From Planctomycetota bacterium (lineage in GTDB: Bacteria; Planctomycetota; UBA8108; SXIK01), in contig CBDCXR010000004.1 of the NCBI GenBank assembly GCA_965223845.1, positions 3,712,001 through 3,776,000 of the forward strand: a stretch of DNA of 64,000 bases, read 5' to 3'. Of the stretch, positions 20,301-27,329 are shown piece after piece. The notes beneath the pieces were generated by a model. That model was not told where the DNA came from. It made no database searches and saw only the letters and a list, made by a program, of their open reading frames with translations. Each line of letters begins with the position of its first letter. The first letter of the stretch is position 1. Both the position numbers and the translations under genes were made by a program.

Positions 20301-21244
20301 AGCCCCAGCTCACTCTCGGGGAGCTGCCCCACAGCTCACTCTCGCTCGATGCCCCGAGCGTCCGCAACGTGCAGGTGAACGAGACTCTCTGGAAGATCCA
20401 CTTCCCGGAAGGCACGGAGGTCTGGCAGACGGGTGGCAACGTGCGCCAGGTGAACGAGAGCGTCCAGTACGCAAAGAAAGTCGAGAACCTGCTCGACCAG
20501 CAGTCGAAGATCCTCAAAGTCGCGCGCGAGTCTCGTTCCCGCAAGCTGCGGTCACAAGCGCGGCGCGAACTCGCTCGCCTCGATCAAGAGCTGGGCGACA
20601 ACATCGCCGAGCTGCAAACTTCGTTCGAAAATGAAGCCGGCGCACCCGTGGTCGACGAACGCGAGTTTCAGCAGCAGCGCGTCGACCAAAGCCGACTGAT
20701 CCGCAAGGCTCAAGCGGCACAGCTCGAAGCGCGCGCGACCCAAGACGGCGCGGCAGACGAGGACGAGAGCGCGGTCGAGCAGTCGTTCCGTGACGTTTCG
20801 AACTTTCTCCAGCGCGGAAACTGGCGCGGAGGAAAGATGAACGAAGCGGCCCGCGCCGCGGTGCCGCAATCGACGCGCCAAGTCGACCCCGCGAGAGGTG
20901 CGGGCGCGGACGGGGAGGTGTACCGCGGCGTTCACGGCTACGGTTTCTCCTCACTCGATGGACCGGAAGCGACGGTGAACGAGTCTGTCCTCGGGCTCGC
21001 CGGCGGTCTTCCGCAGCTCGACGCATCCGCCCACCTCGGCTCCGTGCCCGGACTCGAGGCGCGACCCGCTCGCGGCCGGGAAACGACCCTTACCTTCCAT
21101 CGCGTGGGCGGGGACGCGACGGTCGAGCTCGCGCAGCGGCGACCGGGAACTCGAGCACAGCTCGCCGCGGTCGCGGTGCTCGTCGTGCTCCTCGCGGGCG
21201 CGGTCACCCGCGCCGTCCTCGTCCGGCGCGCGCGGCGTTCGTGA
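14333..21244 (+). CDS. Giant 2303-aa membrane hypothetical protein made of two modules (B1, B2) homologous to module A
   Basis: GTGA overlap with the upstream stop; signal peptide VRA-DQ; central TM cluster; second module from ~17800; C-terminal TM. Confidence 0.88.
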   Translation: MIRSGRILCVLVAAFAAPLSVRADQEAGASDDASAPRLVREIYVPHEVFRALARDRKDGVLMPLDEYRALVAAATAARPGDEPELPPLATAVLSADTQGIVTGRTVRLRTRLSVRVLHPGWVWCDLGIPNTPIGSVVVDGEPGWLVYERPSEKAAKRQATSRSGPFLLLRGVGEHLVELTHSLPTVESDAGSRVDGELVRAASGRIELEIPGRAAVTSPTGPLSAETTGDSTRVVLGVGTSSAFTLQWEVRQSASELGSLAAAEHRVAAFPHRGQLRIHWNSRVTVHRRPLDTLVFRNPGAASIFRVTGSLVDSWEPLDTGARVFLKEPVLGDVRIAFDALADAPGGSAEVRPPQLEEAYANHGVIGVLASARDALSIDTTDLVELAVDDFELNSTTLAAISGTSPPALERVFAFGSPDASLRATANVAPAIVSAHSSFVAQIAIGSVRIDGRTRILVREGKLYEIRLSLAEPWVVRRIARRASGGAASTALPHETTGAGAERGVTIELASGLGRGEWIDLEIQIEHAGFASDEPFERREVEFALPSPRGLAHQRTDFALLLPGSMDTETTALPGWRALTSDELDELGFSARGLGEKLAARTLALAVSTDSPDPRATIAIRQRSSRGEYQVVTHVLALERTLRVRADLRVVVVDRAIEELGLVLPNGGGANPVILANDIREITPADADGVRSVRFRRPWLGTRHLRVEYETESTSGSAVPIPVVALREDFGRQGFLVLQSHGAVEVQPSPGSGLESISFEDIPEFSAAWKVGRLLRAFRLRPQGDPGTFATIVHPQAPVLSRIASTLKLSTVIGRDGVSRTIAEILLGSPGTQYLDIELPPGSRALSVEVDGRPVRSVRQPDATASESIVSIPLPSRSHSAIKLVYERLAPAVDASSVARWGHRAWEELGPRLVDTPVGRTEWRLFVPPDFRFAIGDTNLLAKADRHARGVPGSFWDSFVLPLAMGRRVVWPLGSLPTDRRRFDDAGEVALAAVRALNDSSERQTAVLDVRSGGYVIEAEKLGGEPRIALEFWSRRWENAVRRAVTLFTIAIGLVLLRRVRGSGRRFVFLGAALVVATALPVALRWSSPLLALPIAEGIALLLALALAVLALDVARNLVVGFARRLRGSGASLSSLFVLTALGFSAGTPATAQDGVQPAPWDGVLIPYSGDAIPGESALNAFVPEERFRELWRMAHPEEALRPDDPNATPVPFVAGGVQYDLTVADRRVRIVGRSSLLVLTDEWVSIPLALSGLQIERVAVDGDPTGVIWSSGSPRLLVRGRGKHSLELELTGSVEQQLGSFRLRCGVAALPVALLTAHLPPGASVRTGGISHQGIVDSLETETRLELDLGRNGRVDLDWWFPGQKSAAGSRIESASYSRLTLGVAGIDVHRHETVSVTGQGVTELEYEIHGDWRITDLTADGLSEWSVDAGEGAEPRRLRLYFATPLEAIRFTVEGHATAEASTTLPTLELRDATRQEIYVGLTHSSRSRFLPESLSELEQISANEPGRVFGVEEASLPVRAYHGYGSGAGATLAIGAASTELAVSSQGIAIVHSDRLTAFVRARYSTARPGPLRYEVDVPAGWWIRSARSPALRRWEVRPAADGVQRLTVHFTRRAVAGTEVTWVAEQRFASLDAAAPLPDLRTSITGTTPAGTKDVVEWTFAADDAWQLSATGTDEWESTRVDGSAPWIELPSAVSYRFGYRTRRAVPPPTLGAVRRASRLSATSVSFVRIAEDYIYVNARLVLRVRFAPREMFHLRLPVGAELVSLDVRNQRSRAIADRDVRFSIQSTSAGEHTVDLTLRIARTGVQYPSIAPIEILDGDTVLEAVDAFVGVVQTASSLVGDRSAVGLSPVDAEAFPFVPQGVSPQSLRPAYRATGVNWNLVLQEQEIEQSEGLAAIVKLAEVHTAIGTDGIRRSEATYVLSNRRLQFLVVDLPPEATLWGVTLDGSPVSVGQSASSTTPGLTIEIPLEYVGSADLDLEIGVRYEEPQLTLGELPHSSLSLDAPSVRNVQVNETLWKIHFPEGTEVWQTGGNVRQVNESVQYAKKVENLLDQQSKILKVARESRSRKLRSQARRELARLDQELGDNIAELQTSFENEAGAPVVDEREFQQQRVDQSRLIRKAQAAQLEARATQDGAADEDESAVEQSFRDVSNFLQRGNWRGGKMNEAARAAVPQSTRQVDPARGAGADGEVYRGVHGYGFSSLDGPEATVNESVLGLAGGLPQLDASAHLGSVPGLEARPARGRETTLTFHRVGGDATVELAQRRPGTRAQLAAVAVLVVLLAGAVTRAVLVRRARRS

Positions 21245-21330
21245 GTCGAGATTGGATCGCCCGCTACACCGGGGAGTTTTCTCGCCCGTGCAGGAGGGGC
21301 AGAGTGCCCTAACGTCACCGGCGATGTCCG

Positions 21331-21339
21331 TGGTACCAT
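21331..21339 (+). promoter_or_regulatory. Extended -10 element (TGgTACCAT), leaderless start of the GroES-like gene
   Basis: TGn-TACCAT lies 7 nt before ATG 21347; no SD sequence. Confidence 0.4.
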
Positions 21340-21346
21340 GCCCCGC

Positions 21347-21766
21347 ATGGATCCATTTCCCATCGGTAAGAAGAACCTCTTCGTCGTCGGCGACCGGGTG
21401 CTCGTCGAGCCCGACACGGGAGAAAACACGACCGATGCCGGCCTCATCCTTCCGGCGAACGCCGTAGCGAAGGAAGCCGTGCAATCCGGAATCGTGCGCG
21501 CGGTCGGTCCCGGGACGCCCCTTCCTCCTCCGAACGGCGATCTCGAAGAAGAGTGGCAGGAGCCGCGCGAGCTCCCCCGCCACCTGCCCATGCAAGTCGC
21601 TGCCGGCGACTACGTCACGTTCTTTCGCAAGGCGGCGATCGAGGTCACACTCGAGCGAACGAACTACCTCGTCGTCCCGCAGCACGCGATCGTCGTCCTC
21701 CTCCGCGATCCCGAGGAGCCGGCCGTCCCCGACCAGCTCCCCGAAGAGCTGGGGGAGCTCGAGTGA
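21347..21766 (+). CDS. Stand-alone GroES/Cpn10-family protein
   Basis: VVGDRVLVEP, TTDAGLILP mobile loop, GIVRAVGPG, VAAGDYVTF; no groEL adjacent. Confidence 0.85.
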   Translation: MDPFPIGKKNLFVVGDRVLVEPDTGENTTDAGLILPANAVAKEAVQSGIVRAVGPGTPLPPPNGDLEEEWQEPRELPRHLPMQVAAGDYVTFFRKAAIEVTLERTNYLVVPQHAIVVLLRDPEEPAVPDQLPEELGELE

Positions 21767-21841
21767 ACGCTCGCTGATCGTCGAAGGGCGCGCCGCGTGC
21801 CGCGCCGGTTCGAATCCTCTCGACAGACCGGCGACTCGGTC

Positions 21842-22834
21842 ATGACATCGATTCACTCCGACGCGCTGCGCGTCGCGCACGAACGCATTCAGCCTTACAT
21901 CCATCGCACGCCGGTTCTCCGCTGCGCGAGCCTCGATCGGATCACCGGCGCCGAGCTCTTCTTCAAGTGCGAAAACTTCCAGCGCGTCGGCGCGTTCAAA
22001 TTCCGCGGCGCGACGAACGCCGTGTTTTCCCTCAGCGAAAGCGAGGCGAGCCGAGGTGTGGTCACCCACTCGTCCGGAAACCACGGCGCGGCGCTCGCGC
22101 GTGCAGCGAGGAACCGCGGGATCCCGGCGACGGTCGTCATGCCGGAGACCGCCCCGGACGTGAAGCGCGCCGCGGTCGAGGGATACGGCGCGAACGTTCG
22201 ACCGTGCGCGCCGACTCTCGCGGCGCGCGAGCAGACGACCGCTCAGATCATCGGAGAGACGGGAGCGACGCTGATCCATCCGTTCAACGACGAGCGGATC
22301 ATCTCGGGCCAGGGAACGGCGGCGCTCGAGCTGCTCGATGAAGTGCCCGACCTCGAGGCAATCCTCGCCCCGATCGGAGGCGGCGGCCTCTTGAGCGGCA
22401 CCTGCATCGCAGCCAAGGATCGTCCGAAGCCGGTCACCGTGATCGGCTGCGAGCCAGCAGCGGTCGATGATGCCTTCCGCTCGCTCGCGAGTGGCAAGAT
22501 CGAAGTCGTCGGCGATGGGTACACGATCGCCGACGGGCTCCGCACGAATCTCGGCGAGATCACGTTCGCCGTTCTGCGTGAGCATGTCGACGAAATCGCG
22601 CTCGCGAGCGAAGAAGCGATCATCGAGGCGACGTGGCTCCTCATCGAGCGCGCGAAGATCGTCGTCGAACCGTCGGCCGCCGTCCCGCTCGCGGCGCTTC
22701 TTCGCGGCACCATCGACTGGAATTGGCGCGGGCGAAAGATCGGTGTGATCCTCTCGGGAGGAAACGTCGACTTTCGCAGCTTGGTCGCCGCGACTCCGGC
22801 GCGCGACGAATCGAGCTCCGCCTCCGCCCCATGA
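21842..22834 (+). CDS. PLP-dependent serine/threonine dehydratase / serine racemase family
   Basis: KCENFQRVGAFKFRGA (PLP lysine), SSGNHG, PIGGGGL, SGGN. Confidence 0.93.
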   Translation: MTSIHSDALRVAHERIQPYIHRTPVLRCASLDRITGAELFFKCENFQRVGAFKFRGATNAVFSLSESEASRGVVTHSSGNHGAALARAARNRGIPATVVMPETAPDVKRAAVEGYGANVRPCAPTLAAREQTTAQIIGETGATLIHPFNDERIISGQGTAALELLDEVPDLEAILAPIGGGGLLSGTCIAAKDRPKPVTVIGCEPAAVDDAFRSLASGKIEVVGDGYTIADGLRTNLGEITFAVLREHVDEIALASEEAIIEATWLLIERAKIVVEPSAAVPLAALLRGTIDWNWRGRKIGVILSGGNVDFRSLVAATPARDESSSASAP

Positions 22835-23343
22835 CATACGTAGCGATCGCGTCACTTCTCATCGTCAACACGCTCGCGCTCGCCCTCGTCCCGATCGGGC
22901 TGCCGGGTACGTGGCTGATGGTCGGAGCCACCGCGGCGGTCGCGTGGCTCCGTTCGGACGACGAAATCGTGGGCACGTCCGTCCTCATCACGATCGCCGG
23001 CATCGCGGCGGCGGCCGAGGTCGTCGAGTTTCTCTCGGCGATGGCCGGGGCGAAGAAGGCGGGGGGATCGCGCTGGGGCTCCGTCGGCGCGATCGTCGGC
23101 GCGATCGCCGGGGGCTTACTCGGGACCGTGTGGATCCCCGTTCCGATCGTCGGATCGATCCTCGGCGTCTGCATCGGCGCGTTCGCCGGCGCGAGCGCGC
23201 TCGAGTTCGTCTCCGGTCGACCGCTCGCGGGAAGTCTCGAGACGGGACGAGGCGCGGCGGTCGGGCGGCTCGTCGGCGTCGTGATCAAACTCTTCGCCGG
23301 ACTTGCGATCTGGTCGATCGTGGCCGTCGCGGCGTTCGTGTGA
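22831..23343 (+). CDS. DUF456-family membrane protein
   Basis: GLPGTWL, GAKKAGGSRWG, PIVGSILG; ATGA overlap with the upstream gene. Confidence 0.85.
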   Translation: MTYVAIASLLIVNTLALALVPIGLPGTWLMVGATAAVAWLRSDDEIVGTSVLITIAGIAAAAEVVEFLSAMAGAKKAGGSRWGSVGAIVGAIAGGLLGTVWIPVPIVGSILGVCIGAFAGASALEFVSGRPLAGSLETGRGAAVGRLVGVVIKLFAGLAIWSIVAVAAFV

Positions 23344-23560
23344 AGCAAACCGAAATCGACAACGACCCACGGCGGATCGCTGCCGAGCCTCGGCGGGGCG
23401 AGTCTTTCGATCTCCGCCGACGAGCTCAGGCAGACGCTTGAGACGTTGGCTTCCGAGGGAAGAGTCTTCCGTCGATCAGGTCTAGTCGACGCGACGCGAG
23501 GAGACTCAGCGGGCGGGCACGCATCCGAGACGTCCTCGCGAGAGCTGTAGCGATTCTCGG

Positions 23561-24880
23561 TCAGATGCCCGCACTCAGGACGAGCGTCGCGAGTGCCGTC
23601 GCGTAGATACGCCCCCCGACCGGCCCCCACCGATCCGATGGGTGCCAGCTCCCGCGAAGCTGCCCGTTGGGAATCTGCGCGCCGAGGAGGACCGTCGCGG
23701 CTGCGCTCTGGCGCGAACGCGCGGCATCGGACGGAGTGGCGTGACGGAGGACGTCGGCATCGACGTACACTTCGTAGAAGTCGACCCCACCGGCCGCGCC
23801 CGGAAGCGGCTTTCGCAGCACGGCGTCGGCCGCACGCCGGATTCCGCGGGGGGACGTCGCGAACGCAGGAATGAGCTCACGATTGCACAGGTGACCTCCG
23901 CGACCGCGGTAGCGAAGCGCCGCGTCTCCCGTGTGGCGGTGAGAATCCTCGAGCCATTCACCGGCGTCCGTCGCGCACCGGCGGAGTTCTCGGACGAGCG
24001 TCGCCGTCGAGTCTCCCGGCTCGCTTCGACTTTCGAGTAGAGCCAGAGCTTCCCCGGCGGCACGCGCCGCCCAGTAGGTGATCGGTCCGTTCGGGATCGG
24101 TGGATCCTCGGAAGTCTCCGCTGCGTATCCCCACCACCCACCGCGCTGGAGTGCGACAAGGCGGGCGAGCCCTCGCTCGAGAACGTCCGGGGGCACCGGC
24201 TCTCCACGCGCGGCGACTCGCGTCAGCGCGAGTGTCGCGAGACCGTGGTTGTACATCGCACCGCGAAACTCCCGGCCGAAGAGACCGCTCTCGGTCTGCT
24301 TACGAGAGAGAAACTCGACGCCGCGCGCGATCGACAGCTTCGCTGCTTCGTCGCGAGCTCCGCCGGACTCGAGTGCGAGCACCGCGAGAGCGGACAGCCC
24401 GACCCGATACTCCGGATCGCCCTCCCAATGGGAGGGATCCCAGCCGCCGTCCGGATCTTGGGCCGCGACCAGCCACGCGTGTGCGCGAAGGAGAGCCGAC
24501 TCGACGGTGACGAGTTTCCCCTCAGGGCCATCGCCTCGGTCCCGGAGCGCGATCCACCCCACGCCGACGACGATCACCGCGGCGGCCGCCGCGCTCGCCA
24601 GAATCCGGGCGACTCGCGGCGCGCGCACGCTACGGCGAAGGGCGGCACGAGCGGTAGCGGACAACGAGCTCTCGAGACGGGGACGCGCACGCTCAGACGC
24701 GCGCTCGAGCCACGCGATCGTCTTCTTGAAGCGCTCGACCTCGTTCTCGCAAGACGTGCAGCCTCGGAGGTGATTCGCGATTCCTTCGCGCTCGGGTGCA
24801 TCGAGCCTCTCGCTCGCAAATGCGGAGAGATCCTCCGGCGAAGGACACAGCCTCGACTCGCTCCCGTCAATCGTCGCCAT
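23561..24880 (-). CDS. ZAS anti-sigma factor with C-terminal prenyltransferase/squalene-cyclase-like repeats
   Basis: CPSPEDLSAF...HLRGCTSC; TM; WLVAAQDPDGGW, FLSRKQTESGLF, LVALQRGGWW, GAQIPNG..GSW. Confidence 0.82.
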   Translation of the reverse strand: MATIDGSESRLCPSPEDLSAFASERLDAPEREGIANHLRGCTSCENEVERFKKTIAWLERASERARPRLESSLSATARAALRRSVRAPRVARILASAAAAAVIVVGVGWIALRDRGDGPEGKLVTVESALLRAHAWLVAAQDPDGGWDPSHWEGDPEYRVGLSALAVLALESGGARDEAAKLSIARGVEFLSRKQTESGLFGREFRGAMYNHGLATLALTRVAARGEPVPPDVLERGLARLVALQRGGWWGYAAETSEDPPIPNGPITYWAARAAGEALALLESRSEPGDSTATLVRELRRCATDAGEWLEDSHRHTGDAALRYRGRGGHLCNRELIPAFATSPRGIRRAADAVLRKPLPGAAGGVDFYEVYVDADVLRHATPSDAARSRQSAAATVLLGAQIPNGQLRGSWHPSDRWGPVGGRIYATALATLVLSAGI

Positions 24881-25568
24881 CGAGCATCTCCCTTAGCTTG
24901 AGGAGCGCGTTGTGCATGCGACTCTTCACCGTCCCGAGCGGGATCTCGAGGATCTCTCCGACCGTGCGGTAGTCGAGTCCTTCGAACACGGCGAGAACGA
25001 CGATCATTCGGTGCTTCTCGCCGAGACGATCGAGCGCATCGAGAAGATCGAGACGCGCGCCCGGTTCGTGCGCGACGGGCTCGGCGACGCCGGTGGCCGA
25101 CTCGTCCGCGCCGTCGATCGGAACGGTCGAGACGCGCCGCAGCGACCGGCGCACGTTGTCGACCCACACGTTTCGCGCGATGCGAAGGAGGAGCGGCCGA
25201 AACGTTCCCCCGGTTAGGTCGCGATACCGATGCCGCGACTTCCAGAGCTTGAGGAACGTCTCCTGCACCATGTCCTCCGCTTCGTTCTCTCGCGCGCCGA
25301 GGAGTCGCACGAATCGAATGAGATCCCGCTCCCACCGATCGACCACGCGGTCGAAGGCGCTCGCATCGCCACTCCGTAGTCGCACCAAGAGCTCATCGTC
25401 GCCCGGAATCCCATCGGGTTCCTCCCGCTCGCGGTCCACCTCAGTCGAAGCCACGAACGTTCGCGTCCTGGGCGATGGAGTACCGAGAATCGCGCCCGGA
25501 GACGTACCTCGAAACGGTCCGCTCGAGCGCTCTAAGAAGAGAACGCCGGAGCGACGGGCGCGGTTCAC
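24867..25568 (-). CDS. ECF RNA polymerase sigma factor (true start probably near 25454)
   Basis: EAEDMVQETFLKLW, LLRIARNVWVDNVRR, YRTVGEILEIPLGTVKSRMHNA. Confidence 0.92.
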   Translation of the reverse strand: MNRARRSGVLFLERSSGPFRGTSPGAILGTPSPRTRTFVASTEVDREREEPDGIPGDDELLVRLRSGDASAFDRVVDRWERDLIRFVRLLGARENEAEDMVQETFLKLWKSRHRYRDLTGGTFRPLLLRIARNVWVDNVRRSLRRVSTVPIDGADESATGVAEPVAHEPGARLDLLDALDRLGEKHRMIVVLAVFEGLDYRTVGEILEIPLGTVKSRMHNALLKLREMLDGDD

Positions 25569-25691
25569 TCCCCGGTCTCCCCTTCGTATGGGGAACTGCC
25601 CCCGCCGCGCACGACGCCGCGCTCGACCTCCCCAAGCGATTGAGCTCCAGCCAGTTAGGGTCGTCAGACGCTCGGATCGCGCCGGTGCTCC

Positions 25692-27281
25692 TCATCGCGA
25701 TAGGTTCTCCCAGATCGTGATCGAGTCCGCCAGATCGTCACCGTCCTTCTTCGCCATGCTCATATTTCCGACCACGAGATCGGCATCTCCGTCGAGATCG
25801 AGATCGCCGGCGGCGAACGCCGGATGAAAGCAGGTCACCGACTCGAGCGGCCGTCGCTCGAACTTCCCGGGCGCGATCTGCTCGAGCCAGAGGAGCGACT
25901 CCGCAAGCTCGACTCCCGGCCGGCCCGCGCGCAGGAACGGGATGAAGGTGGAGACGACGACATCGCGATCGCCATCGCCGTCGAGGTCGACGGCCTTCGC
26001 GGCGTGGGCCCCGGAGACATCGGCGAGGCGGCGCGCGCGGAACGAGAGGTTCCCCAGATTCTCCAGCCACTCGACGCCGTGATACGGCTTGAGCACGAGA
26101 TCGTCGAGCGTGTCACCGTTCGAGACGATCGCGTCGAGGTCGCCATCCCCGTCGAGATCGTCGAGCGAGAGTCCCGAGCATCCCCAGTTCGGATGCGGAG
26201 CGGTAAACAGCGTGCGTGCTTCGAACACTCCGCCGCGGTTGAGAAACGCAACGACGGCCTCGTGCTGCTGCCCGAAGAGAGCGACGAAATCCGGCCGCCC
26301 ATCGCCGTCGAGGTCCGCCACCGGAACCTGAATCGATCCGGAACGACGATCGATCTCGCGGACCTCGAACTGAAGCTCGCGGCCGACTCCGCGGTTCTCG
26401 AGCCAGATCACACGTCCGATCTTTCGCCAACCGAACACGGCGACGACGACATCGAGGTCGCCGTCCCCGTCGAAGTCGGCGGCGCGTGCGTCGGCGACGC
26501 GTCCGAGGCCAGTCGCGAGCGGGATCGCCCGAAAGCTCTGGGTCTCGGTCGCGCGAAGTAGAACGACCGACCCCGTCGTCACGTCCGACGGCGTCACCGT
26601 TCCCAGCGAAGACACGAGGACGTCGCGGCGGCCATCGCGGTCGAGATCGACGACCTCGGCGCGGCACGGCTGGCGAACTTTCCCGAGAACGACGATGCGA
26701 TCGGTCTGCGCGGTCGGCCGCGCGAGGTACACCTTGTTGAAACGCATCTCGCAGAAGAGAACCTCCGGCCGCGTCTCGTCGAGGAGGTGGACAATCTGAA
26801 CGTCAGCGATCGCGGGATAAGGCGGAAGGCCGCCGAGACGGATCGGCGTGCGCCGAAACGATACCGATCCCGCCGGCGCGCCGGCAGAGCTCGGGCAGGG
26901 CGGGAGCCGATCGGGAGCCCGTTCCGTGTAGTGTGCGATCGCCGCCTCCATCGGAGGCGCAGACTCGACGTCGCCACCGATCTTCTCCGCGTAGAGCTCG
27001 TACATGAGGCGGATCTCGGCGGGCCACCGCTCGCGCGGAAGGATCTCCGGCGCGGGGAAGCGATGGCACACGGAGCAAAACTCTCTGATCGCCGCTTCCG
27101 AATCCACAGCCGGAACAACCGGCGATCCCGGCGTGCCGGAATCGTCGTCGGCCTTCGGCGTGCACGCGGTGAGACCGAACGCAAGCGCGAGCACTCGAAC
27201 GGCGCGACCGAAGGGCTCGTAGACGTTTCCTGGGCTCTTCGTCCAGCTCAGCTCGATTCGGTTTCGATTCATTCTTGCCAT
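25692..27281 (-). CDS. Lipoprotein with c-type heme motif and FG-GAP/VCBS repeats
   Basis: Lipobox-like GLTAC; CSVCH; repeated D(L/F)DGDGxxD motifs. Confidence 0.85.
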   Translation of the reverse strand: MARMNRNRIELSWTKSPGNVYEPFGRAVRVLALAFGLTACTPKADDDSGTPGSPVVPAVDSEAAIREFCSVCHRFPAPEILPRERWPAEIRLMYELYAEKIGGDVESAPPMEAAIAHYTERAPDRLPPCPSSAGAPAGSVSFRRTPIRLGGLPPYPAIADVQIVHLLDETRPEVLFCEMRFNKVYLARPTAQTDRIVVLGKVRQPCRAEVVDLDRDGRRDVLVSSLGTVTPSDVTTGSVVLLRATETQSFRAIPLATGLGRVADARAADFDGDGDLDVVVAVFGWRKIGRVIWLENRGVGRELQFEVREIDRRSGSIQVPVADLDGDGRPDFVALFGQQHEAVVAFLNRGGVFEARTLFTAPHPNWGCSGLSLDDLDGDGDLDAIVSNGDTLDDLVLKPYHGVEWLENLGNLSFRARRLADVSGAHAAKAVDLDGDGDRDVVVSTFIPFLRAGRPGVELAESLLWLEQIAPGKFERRPLESVTCFHPAFAAGDLDLDGDADLVVGNMSMAKKDGDDLADSITIWENLSR

Positions 27282-27329
27282 CGAGGTGAAACGCTTGGTG
27301 GGAGGACCCGAAAGCTCAAAGCAGCGGCT

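Noticed and set aside
21285-21312. GAGTGCCCTAA upstream of the GroES-like gene, resembling a CIRCE half-site
   Set aside because: No TTAGCACTC left arm 9 nt upstream
21800-21825. GGTTCGAATCC, resembling a tRNA T-loop
   Set aside because: No 5-bp T-stem, acceptor stem or cloverleaf around it
20951-22855. 634-aa minus-strand ORF
   Set aside because: Overlaps three well-supported plus-strand genes
25780-26660. Recurrent CCGTCGAGGTC-like DNA repeats considered as CRISPR or DGR repeats
   Set aside because: They encode the DxDGDG FG-GAP protein motifs; no identical repeats with spacers, and no cas or reverse transcriptase gene
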